NCBI GenBank assembly: GCA_040388985.1
Contig: JAZKAU010000002.1
Span: 311,642 to 375,641 of the forward strand
DNA: 64,000 bases
Direction: 5' to 3'
DNA from: Patescibacteria group bacterium
GTDB taxonomy: Bacteria; Patescibacteriota; Minisyncoccia; Phycocordibacterales; Phycocordibacteraceae
Of the stretch, positions 38,596 through 46,525 are shown piece after piece. Numbering within the stretch: position 1 is the first letter of the stretch; every line of letters begins with the position of its first letter. The notes below the pieces were generated by a model that was not told the DNA's origin, ran no database searches, and worked only from the letters and a program-made list of their open reading frames with translations. The position numbers were made by a program, and so were the translations under genes.

Positions 38596-39489
38596 ATGTC
38601 TTGGGAAGATACTTTTATTACCTGGTCCGCACCACCCAGCCTCACTGAACGTGAGAAGATGGAAAATGCTGAAACGGCAATACGTAAAGCCGTTGCCGCA
38701 AACACTCGTTTGAGTCAAATGGATGTGTCCATCATCCCGCAAGGTTCTTATCGTTCAAAGACAAATGTAAGATTGGACAGTGACGTCGATATTGCAGTAT
38801 GTCTAAATTCGACGTTCTTCACGCAATATCCTGCTGGTAAAGTACACGAAGATTTTGGAAATAGTAGCTCGGAAGAAATTACTTTTCCTGAATTTCGCGG
38901 TCTAGTACAAGTCGCCCTAGATGACTATTTTGGCTCTGCACAAGTAACGCCAGGAAATAAGGCCTTTGATATCCATTCAAATAATTATCGAGTTGATGCT
39001 GATGTGGTAGCTACATTCGCACATCGCCATTACTTCGAGAACGGTCTATTTATAGAACCAGCAGGAGTAGCATTTCTTACGCGCGACACTTCAAAAAGAA
39101 TTGAGAATTGGCCACATCAAGCCTACGAAAACGGAAAAGATAAACATGATAGAACAGGTCGTCGGCACCGGAAAATGGTTCGCATCCTAAAACGTCTTCG
39201 CAATAAGATGCAGGCAGAAGGTTATGAAGAAGCAAACGACATCTCCTCGTATCTCATTGAAAGCATGGTCTGGAATGCCGCCGACCAGTCTTTTAATCAC
39301 ACAACTTATACTGAAGATGTTCGAGCTGTATTAGCATACTGCTTCAATGAGACCCTGCCTGCGGGAAGCCACGGATCTCTTGTTGAATCGAATGATATTA
39401 AGTACCTCTTCCATGTAACTCAGCCGTGGACGCGCGAACAGGCTCACAAATTCTTTTCTGCCGCATGGAATTATTTAGGCTTCCAATAA
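38596..39489 (+). CDS. cGAS/DncV-like nucleotidyltransferase (CD-NTase, SMODS-type minimal NTase)
   Basis: Pol-beta NTase motif QGSYRSKTNVRLDSDVDIAV (GS...DxD) and downstream DADV; N-terminus WSAPPSLTEREKMENAE resembles clade-E CD-NTases. Confidence 0.75.
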   Translation: MSWEDTFITWSAPPSLTEREKMENAETAIRKAVAANTRLSQMDVSIIPQGSYRSKTNVRLDSDVDIAVCLNSTFFTQYPAGKVHEDFGNSSSEEITFPEFRGLVQVALDDYFGSAQVTPGNKAFDIHSNNYRVDADVVATFAHRHYFENGLFIEPAGVAFLTRDTSKRIENWPHQAYENGKDKHDRTGRRHRKMVRILKRLRNKMQAEGYEEANDISSYLIESMVWNAADQSFNHTTYTEDVRAVLAYCFNETLPAGSHGSLVESNDIKYLFHVTQPWTREQAHKFFSAAWNYLGFQ

Positions 39490-39491
39490 GT

Positions 39492-40118
39492 ATGGAAAAG
39501 GTAAACGGGAAGGTACAGATGTATGTTCAAATAATTACTTTTCTTTTTGTTTGGATTCTCGTACTTATATTTACGCAACCAAACCAGACTTGGGATTTAA
39601 TAAATGCACTCAAAGAAGTACCAACGGCCATATCTATATATGCTGTCCTAAGTCTTTTATTTGTTAAATGGCTTTGGCGTATTCCAATCCTTCATCCGTG
39701 GTTAGTGAAAATACCTAATCTTAACGGTACATGGCGAGGTGTTTTAAAAAGCGATTGGGTCAATCCTGTAACAGGAAAGAATATTGAGCCAATACCTGTT
39801 CTTCTTACGATTAAGCAAGATTTCTCTAATCTACATTGCGTATTGATGACAAAGGAGTCAACAAGTTACAGTGTTGTCGCAGATATTAATTTTGGACTTG
39901 GGGGAGATACGTCCTGTCTTAGCTACACTTATACAAATCGATCCAAAGCATCAATCCGAGATAGAAGTCCAATACATGACGGCGCCGCAATTCTTAAGAT
40001 TATTAAGAATCCACAGATTTCCTTAGAGGGAGAATACTGGACAAGCAGAAAAACGAAAGGAGATATCAATGTCATTCTAGAATCAAGAAAGATAGTAGAA
40101 AGTTACATAGAAGTGTAA
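39492..40118 (+). CDS. 2-TM membrane effector with C-terminal beta-rich domain (Cap15-like CBASS effector candidate)
   Basis: two TM helices (VQIITFLFVWILVLIF; AISIYAVLSLLFVKWLW) then ~140-aa beta-rich domain; ATG 3 nt after CD-NTase stop. Confidence 0.5.
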   Translation: MEKVNGKVQMYVQIITFLFVWILVLIFTQPNQTWDLINALKEVPTAISIYAVLSLLFVKWLWRIPILHPWLVKIPNLNGTWRGVLKSDWVNPVTGKNIEPIPVLLTIKQDFSNLHCVLMTKESTSYSVVADINFGLGGDTSCLSYTYTNRSKASIRDRSPIHDGAAILKIIKNPQISLEGEYWTSRKTKGDINVILESRKIVESYIEV

Positions 40119-40150
40119 CTTTCTACGTGACACTCAAAACCTCATTCCTG

Positions 40151-40266
40151 TGTCACTTTTGTCACTTTCCTAGGTGCACGAGACGCGTCGTTTTGGATTC
40201 TGAAAACTCACCAAACGGACTAAGCAGGGCTTGGTTCTAGACGGTTCGAACTCGAGACGGCCAGCA
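40151..40266 (+). repeat. ~115-nt structured repeat, copy B (tandem GTCACTTT half-sites, GACGCGTC palindrome, GAGACGGCCAGCA end)
   Basis: ~85% identical to 41839-41954; partial motif also at 24041-24052. Confidence 0.7.
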
Positions 40267-40421
40267 ACGTATGGAAGCCGCCCGGGAGGGCGGTTTTCAC
40301 GTTGCTGCGGGAAGCGAGTGTGGGGCACTCGCGTCTAGGACTCGAAGCTGTTACGAGTATTTCTCAGGAGTCCTCCGAACTGAGAAATCCGCAACGGATA
40401 CTGCTCCGTAGGAGAGAGGCC

Positions 40422-40448
40422 AGTCCCGCAGCCAACTCGTGCTAGGTT
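40422..40448 (+). repeat. right copy of 27-bp direct repeat (att-like)
   Basis: identical to 24006-24032. Confidence 0.8.
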
Positions 40449-40508
40449 CGGACGCACGAGATGCGTAGTCTCGACTTAAGACACACAACTTTACTGTCGT
40501 GGACGTAC

Positions 40509-40775
40509 TTAGCTTATCCCGGCGTCCTCACGCCACCTCTTAAGAGCAAACTGATAATAATCAGGTATCCACTTTCTGTTACAGGTATCGAACAGCTCCC
40601 AGAAAAAATCTTGCGATTCTTTAGTGTGTGGATTTTCTAAATAGCCTCGAAGTTCCTCATCCTTAACTGCTGATAGAGCCTCTTTAGAGGCGGTGCGCAC
40701 AAGTCCATATATCATAGTGAGAGGCCGTGTGTCAGTTGTGAAGTCGTTCCCATCTCTAGAATTAGTAAAGTTCAT
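40509..40775 (-). CDS. hypothetical protein
   Basis: 88-aa ORF overlapping start of downstream gene by 4 nt. Confidence 0.4.
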   Translation of the reverse strand: MNFTNSRDGNDFTTDTRPLTMIYGLVRTASKEALSAVKDEELRGYLENPHTKESQDFFWELFDTCNRKWIPDYYQFALKRWREDAGIS

Positions 40776-41080
40776 GCCTCCGGCATATACGTTGAATACC
40801 CATGATGAAGTCGGCTAATAACTGTTTTGTATCCACCTTCTTTACCGTTAAGCCACTTAGAAACGCGCGCTACCGTGGTCGAGCTTAACCCGGTCTGCTT
40901 TTCAATAACTGCGTAGGAAATATTTTGGGTGAGCATTTGAGCTGCCTGAAGCCTCTTTCCGAATTCCGCGATCTCCTTTTCTGTCATAAGGTCACGCAGA
41001 AAGCGACGAGCTTCATTCTCGCTTTTAAGTGACAGTATTGCTTCCAGTAGCGTCCTGGCCTCCTTGCTGTTCCAGTTCAT
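40772..41080 (-). CDS. TrpR/YerC-like DNA-binding protein
   Basis: LTEKEIAEFGKRLQAAQMLTQNISYAVIEKQTGLSSTTVARVSKWLN matches Trp-repressor-like YerC/YecD family HTH. Confidence 0.6.
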   Translation of the reverse strand: MNWNSKEARTLLEAILSLKSENEARRFLRDLMTEKEIAEFGKRLQAAQMLTQNISYAVIEKQTGLSSTTVARVSKWLNGKEGGYKTVISRLHHGYSTYMPEA

Positions 41081-41276
41081 ATAACTACTTTATCAGAGTG
41101 CAGTACTTTAGTCAAGTAAAGTCATATTAGTGAGATTTCTTTGTTATTCAAAAGTATCTTACTTCTCAAACATCCAACTCTCGGTATTAAATAGAGAACC
41201 GCCACCCAAGAAAGGCAGGCTGGTGACAGTCCTCTATCCTTTCCTAAGATGGCGGTCAATCAGCGAAGACGCTTGT

Positions 41277-41750
41277 CTAGACCTGTTCTTTCGAAGCGCG
41301 CATCGCGTTCCGCAACTGGTGAGCAACCTCGATGATCGTCCTGCCCTTCGGCGGCTTGAGGATAGTGACGCTGTCGTCGCCGTTGCGGCGAACCACGTAT
41401 TTCACCTTTCTGCCGTCGATATGTTCGCGATCGTTCCAGAGGATCCGATTGAGCATGTACTCATCCGGATCGTGTTGCCCCGGACCTTCGAGATGTTTGA
41501 CGTCAATCCAGTCCTGAGTCCGATCGATGACAAGGTAGAGACCATACGGAGCAGGCTCCTCGAGCTCGTTTTCGAGCTCCTTTACCTTGATGACATCTCC
41601 CGGCCGGTAGTGGCTGAAAATTGCCCACAGCCAAGGGAAATCCTCGTACATCCGCTGAGTCGCGTGGCGATCACCAAACAACATATTAGCCTTCGCTTTC
41701 TGAGGCATTCCGCCTCTTTGAGTCCATTCCGGACGCTGAAACACCGACAC
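41277..41750 (-). CDS. hypothetical protein
   Basis: protein-like composition; preferred over overlapping + strand ORF 41130..41885 which is low-complexity. Confidence 0.45.
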   Translation of the reverse strand: MSVFQRPEWTQRGGMPQKAKANMLFGDRHATQRMYEDFPWLWAIFSHYRPGDVIKVKELENELEEPAPYGLYLVIDRTQDWIDVKHLEGPGQHDPDEYMLNRILWNDREHIDGRKVKYVVRRNGDDSVTILKPPKGRTIIEVAHQLRNAMRASKEQV

Positions 41751-41838
41751 AAGAGTCGGTACTTATGGAATACTACTAAAGTTATAATACGTCAAGTTTT
41801 AGCCTTGCTATGGCTCCAACATCCTTCCACGCAAGGAC

Positions 41839-41954
41839 TGTCACTTTTGTCACTTTTTGAAGCGCACGAGACGCGTCGTTTTTGACTCTGAAAATTCACC
41901 AAACGGACTAAGCGGGGCTTAGCCGACTACGGTTCTAACACGAGACGGCCAGCA
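41839..41954 (+). repeat. ~115-nt structured repeat, copy C
   Basis: aligned to 40151-40266; lacks the following tRNA-3' repeat. Confidence 0.7.
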
Positions 41955-42145
41955 CTCTAGGATTTTGAGAGTATATTTCTTCAATATCTGTTGCGTTTCC
42001 TTATTGGTTTCTAGCTCTAATCTTGCAGAAAGTGTGCGAGCTTCTTCCGCGACATTTTCAATGGGTATGAGGAGGTTATCTAGTGAAATATTCGGTTTTT
42101 ATGGAATGAGTTTATGATTCTAACCTAATATGGAAGTCTCAGATA

Positions 42146-42724
42146 TTAAGTAAACGAAATCTGTTCCTCAAATGGTTTTGTTCCGTCAATTACAATGTCA
42201 GCGTGCGCTTTAGGGTTGTCGCGCCGTATATACGTTTCTTCCTCCTCAAACCAGTCTTCCCACATTGCAGAAAGTTCGTCCTGCGTTTTACCAGTGCCGC
42301 TGTCTCTCGCAAGGCCACGACGTAAACATATCTCTTTTGGAGTATCCACGAATATGCTCAAGCTGATGTAGTCCCTGAACTCCTCACGTGATGAGCTCAC
42401 TCCTTCAAGTACCATTATCGGGGAAACAGGTTGGTCTACCACTGGATCAGGGTAGTGGTTCTCCCACCATTTTGACCGAGGATAGTTGAGCGTTCTCGCT
42501 CCATTCTTGATGGGAGTAAATACTCGCTCTATAACCAATGACCACCAATCCAAAGGGTTATCCCAGCTTGCGAAATCGTCAGTTTGGATTAGCTCGGCAT
42601 CGAGCTTCTCCGCAAGCCATTTCGCTAGAGTAGATTTACCAGAACCGCCGTGTCCATCCACAGCGATAAAGAGCGTTTGTCCCACCTTGGGCTTCTTGGT
42701 AGCTATCAGCTCTCGTAGGTTCAT
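42146..42724 (-). CDS. P-loop nucleoside/nucleotide kinase (uridine-kinase-like)
   Basis: IAVDGHGGSGKSTLAKWL Walker A; 192 aa. Confidence 0.6.
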   Translation of the reverse strand: MNLRELIATKKPKVGQTLFIAVDGHGGSGKSTLAKWLAEKLDAELIQTDDFASWDNPLDWWSLVIERVFTPIKNGARTLNYPRSKWWENHYPDPVVDQPVSPIMVLEGVSSSREEFRDYISLSIFVDTPKEICLRRGLARDSGTGKTQDELSAMWEDWFEEEETYIRRDNPKAHADIVIDGTKPFEEQISFT

Positions 42725-42903
42725 AAAACTAGTTTACACCGTTGCAAGCAGTTCAGACGAGAGGATTTCATAGCCAAACTCCGATTTGCCAGCCAAAAGA
42801 ACGGTTCTAACTTCGTCTAATGCCTGCAGCAACGAAATGAGCTCTTAGATAATAGGTTTTACGAGGAGGAGTTTAAGACGTTCGAGCCTGATACACTTTA
42901 GTA

Positions 42904-43629
42904 ATGAAAGATATCGACTTGCAGGTTGATGGCCTGCAACTTAAGGCAGAACTATTTGCACCGAACGTCGCTAAGGGCAAAAGGCCGGGAGTGCTTCTCA
43001 TTCACGGATGGGAAAGCGCACAAGACAGAATGTTCGGTCTTGCGGAAGAACTTACGGAGTTGGGATACGTCTGTCTCACTATTGACCTACGAGGTCACGG
43101 CAAGAGCGAGGGAGACCATAAGGTTTACTCTCGAAAAGAGTTCTTAGCAGATGTTGCCGCGGCGTATGATTTCCTTTCAGCGCAGGAGCAAGTTGACCCG
43201 GGGCGAATAGTTTCGATAGGGTCGAGTTTTGGAGGGTATCTGTCCGCACTCCTATCCGCACAACGAAAGCTTTCAGGTATGGTATTACGGGTACCTGCTG
43301 ACTATCGAGATACAGGATTTGATGCGCCTCAATATTCGCAGAGAAAAGAATCAGACCATTCGGAATGGAAAAGCCGCTTGCATGCTCATGACGAGACTGC
43401 AGCCCTACGGGCAGTACATTCGTTCAAGGGCAGCATTTTAGTAATCGAATCTGAATATGACGAACTAGTCCCAAAAACAACCGTAGAGAGTTATCGAGAT
43501 GCAGTCTCTGACAAGAGTAAGGTTACCTACGTGGTTATGAAGGGCGCTCCCCATAGTATTTCAAAGTACCCCGAGTTTCAAAGGGAGTTCGCCAAGATCG
43601 TCATTTCCTGGCTCGGGGAGGCGAAGTAA
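42904..43629 (+). CDS. alpha/beta hydrolase (dienelactone hydrolase-like)
   Basis: nucleophile elbow IGSSFGG, HGWES oxyanion region, C-terminal His. Confidence 0.75.
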   Translation: MKDIDLQVDGLQLKAELFAPNVAKGKRPGVLLIHGWESAQDRMFGLAEELTELGYVCLTIDLRGHGKSEGDHKVYSRKEFLADVAAAYDFLSAQEQVDPGRIVSIGSSFGGYLSALLSAQRKLSGMVLRVPADYRDTGFDAPQYSQRKESDHSEWKSRLHAHDETAALRAVHSFKGSILVIESEYDELVPKTTVESYRDAVSDKSKVTYVVMKGAPHSISKYPEFQREFAKIVISWLGEAK

Positions 43630-43642
43630 GTTCTAACCTCCT

Positions 43643-44488
43643 TCAGTTCCGGGTATTTGGTACGAAGAAATATTTATTATATTTGATTCTCCACTTCTCA
43701 GCTTCTTTCCTTGAACGGATGAAGGTCATACGTGCCGGATCTTTGCGACTGCCGAGTTTTATCAATTCACGCTTAGCAGCCGGAGTCATCACCGGATTCC
43801 GTTCAAAGAATGAATCCAGATCTTCACTGAATCTCTTGCTAACGGATACGCGGATAATGAAGTCACCGAGTACGTTAAGGTACTCAGTTCTTTTAAGACC
43901 AAGATGTATACCCACGCCGATCTGCCTGAATTTACTATCCCAGCCCTTCTTGAACGCCTTATCGAGCGGAGTTGAACTCGCAAGGGAAAAGAATACAAGC
44001 TTCCTATCTTCTTCGAAGCGGTTGAGAAAGAACGATTCAGATTCAGTTCGGGCATGAATGAACCATTCATGCGGGTGAGAGATAAGGATAGGGACTTTCG
44101 GATCGTGAAGATCGAAGATCATGTCGTATATATGTGCCCAGTAGATGCCAAGGAGATTAGGTGTGCCGAATCGATAACTGATCGTATCTCCCTCGCGGAA
44201 GGAGAGTACGTCATCCTGCCCGACTCCGTAACTGGTCTCGATGTACCTTTTACTGAATCGGTATACGCGCTGGAGCCAGCGGAAATTCAATCTATATATC
44301 TTGTCCTGTTTCGTTACGACCTCCTCCACGAGGAGCTTCCGTAGGGTGCGGTAAAAGCTTTCTTTGGTGATGGAGGGGTCGAAGGCTTGTGCTGCAGCGA
44401 GCAGGGCAGGGCCTGACGCTTCTTGCGTATGAAGGCTGGCAACCAGGACATTCTCCAACTTCTCAGAACCGCTTTGTGCCAATAGCAT
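43643..44488 (-). CDS. PaaX-like transcriptional regulator (tentative)
   Basis: N-terminal wHTH-like segment followed by YRL...W...RVY and RYIETS resembling PaaX family; weak. Confidence 0.35.
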   Translation of the reverse strand: MLLAQSGSEKLENVLVASLHTQEASGPALLAAAQAFDPSITKESFYRTLRKLLVEEVVTKQDKIYRLNFRWLQRVYRFSKRYIETSYGVGQDDVLSFREGDTISYRFGTPNLLGIYWAHIYDMIFDLHDPKVPILISHPHEWFIHARTESESFFLNRFEEDRKLVFFSLASSTPLDKAFKKGWDSKFRQIGVGIHLGLKRTEYLNVLGDFIIRVSVSKRFSEDLDSFFERNPVMTPAAKRELIKLGSRKDPARMTFIRSRKEAEKWRIKYNKYFFVPNTRN

Positions 44489-44516
44489 GCCAGAAGCATA
44501 TCATTAGTGTCATTTT

Positions 44517-45401
44517 ATGACACTAAGCCATGTATTAGGTGGCATTTGCTTCCGCTCGTCAGATAGCGAGGTATCGTTCTGTGCTATGCAGATGCATGAT
44601 GCAACTCTCGATATAGAAGGCATAAAGAGAATCGATCGCTTTAACCAGCAGGTCTGTTCAGAAGGCTGGAGAATGGCCGTTGATCAGAATGCTGATGCTG
44701 TGCCTTCCCGGCTGGGTCTGAAGTATCTGTATGCTGGGAAAGACGTACTTTTAGCGATGTGTCTCAACAACGGATACTACCATCGCGAGAATATCTATAG
44801 GATGCTGCGATTCGCTCTGACTTTTTCGAACCGAATGCAGATATTCACGACCGATGGTCCGGCAAAGCACAACTACGAGGCACTCGGTAAAGTGAAAAGC
44901 AAGATTCCCGCGATAACGCGACTTGCTCGGAACCGGCTCCGCAATCAATGCATGGATGCTCTCGGGCGTATCAATGCTGAGCTCCCTCAAGATGAACAGC
45001 GCAGCATCACATTCATGGAGTGGGAGCATATCTATGCCGACCAGGCGTACGTTGACTCGTATAAGTACCTTAAGGACTTATATTCTATGAGCACTGAATT
45101 CCGTACCGATATAAACGATACTTCTGAGCAGGTGCTCCTGAATCGTATTGGCATTGAGAAGGAGGTCAAGGCAGTGCTCTCGATAGGAATTGAATACGTT
45201 ATAGAGGAACTTGCCTTCATACTTGCGTATAGGTCACTGGGGCCTGCGAGTAAGCCAATACGCGATCATGGTCATGAGGGATTCAGCTATCTCTATTACG
45301 AACCCTGGCCTGTATTCGAGAAGCTCATACGTGGCGAGTACGACGGGATGGCAAAGGAGGGGATAGGGTTTGTCGTGGCTAAGATCGAGGAGATAGGCTG
45401 A
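44517..45401 (+). CDS. hypothetical protein divergent from putative regulator
   Basis: 294-aa ORF, no motif recognised; followed by 17-bp-stem hairpin. Confidence 0.4.
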   Translation: MTLSHVLGGICFRSSDSEVSFCAMQMHDATLDIEGIKRIDRFNQQVCSEGWRMAVDQNADAVPSRLGLKYLYAGKDVLLAMCLNNGYYHRENIYRMLRFALTFSNRMQIFTTDGPAKHNYEALGKVKSKIPAITRLARNRLRNQCMDALGRINAELPQDEQRSITFMEWEHIYADQAYVDSYKYLKDLYSMSTEFRTDINDTSEQVLLNRIGIEKEVKAVLSIGIEYVIEELAFILAYRSLGPASKPIRDHGHEGFSYLYYEPWPVFEKLIRGEYDGMAKEGIGFVVAKIEEIG

Positions 45402-45479
45402 CTCGAAGATGTACCTACAGAATGTGGTCGTATATCAGCCAAGACGCCTAGTCCGCGTCTTGGCTGATATACTTTCTGT

Positions 45480-45971
45480 ATGAGACCAAGAATTACCTTC
45501 ATTCTTACCGGAGGAACTATCGATAAGGAATATGACGCGCTCGATCAAGCTTTTACTGTTGGGAAGGGTGCTGTTGATCGAGTGCTCGGGTTTGTAAACC
45601 CTAACTTTGAAGCAACTATTATTTCTGTCGTTCAGAAAGTAAGCGTGAATATCCTTCCTGAAGAAAAAGAAGAAATACGCAAGGCATGTGCTGAAGCGGC
45701 AGATGATAAAATTATCGTAACCTACGGTACCGATGCTATGGCAGAGGCAGGCGAGATGCTTGCCGGAATTGAAGGGAAGACGCTTGTGCTTACTGGCGCT
45801 CTAAAGTCTCAACTCATAAAGGATACTGATGCTGAATTCAACTTGGGATTTGCGGTCGCTGCGGTGCAAACAATGCCAGCTGGAGTGTACGTAGCCATGA
45901 ATGGTCGCATTTACCCGTGGAATGAATGCAAGAAAGATAAGGCTACCGGGCAGTTTGTAGAGATTGCATAA
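45480..45971 (+). CDS. stand-alone L-asparaginase N-terminal-domain-like protein
   Basis: ILTGGTID (TGGTI) and VTYGTDAM (HGTDTM-like) motifs; only 163 aa. Confidence 0.55.
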   Translation: MRPRITFILTGGTIDKEYDALDQAFTVGKGAVDRVLGFVNPNFEATIISVVQKVSVNILPEEKEEIRKACAEAADDKIIVTYGTDAMAEAGEMLAGIEGKTLVLTGALKSQLIKDTDAEFNLGFAVAAVQTMPAGVYVAMNGRIYPWNECKKDKATGQFVEIA

Positions 45972-46464
45972 AGTTTTCAACGTTATACCAAACCTATCTT
46001 TTATGTTTGATGAGAAATGCAGTGAGTGCGGGTCTTCGCTCAGAGGGGTCGCTGCGTGCCGAGAGTATCTGAACGAGATGATCAGATGGGACTTCGAAGA
46101 CTTTACTGGCGTCGGGAAGGTACATCACCTGACGGTGCTCTCTTATAACCTGCAGCACCCCAGTCTGTATTCTTCCAAAGGATTGGAAGACGCGAAAAGC
46201 TCTTTGCCGGAGTTTCTTGCGAATCCTGAGTCCTTCAAGGCTCATGATGAGCGCAATAGAAATAGGCTTTCGTCGGACGTAAGAGACTGGAAGATAACAG
46301 GTACTCCTGACGACCACGGCTCATATGCGACTGCGCCTATCTGGAAGATCGCAGCGGCAGATATCGTGCGGGAAGGTTTGCCTGACTATGTTGAGAACGT
46401 AAAGAAATGGGCACTTTCAGTCCTGCACTCTCTAGAGGAGTCAGACAACCTAGAAATGAAATAA
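45964..46464 (+). CDS. hypothetical protein (possible Zn-ribbon N-terminus CSECGSS)
   Basis: ORF overlapping upstream stop; no family recognised. Confidence 0.35.
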   Translation: MHKVFNVIPNLSFMFDEKCSECGSSLRGVAACREYLNEMIRWDFEDFTGVGKVHHLTVLSYNLQHPSLYSSKGLEDAKSSLPEFLANPESFKAHDERNRNRLSSDVRDWKITGTPDDHGSYATAPIWKIAAADIVREGLPDYVENVKKWALSVLHSLEESDNLEMK

Positions 46465-46525
46465 ATCGTACCCGAACGGGGTACTATAGGTAAGGACGGT
46501 ATGCGTCCCTCATAATCCTTTATCT

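Noticed and set aside
41130-41885. 251-aa plus-strand ORF overlapping 41277-41750 (-)
   Set aside because: Its translation is low-complexity (Leu/Arg/Ser-rich). The minus-strand ORF has balanced, protein-like composition. The + ORF also runs into repeat copy C.
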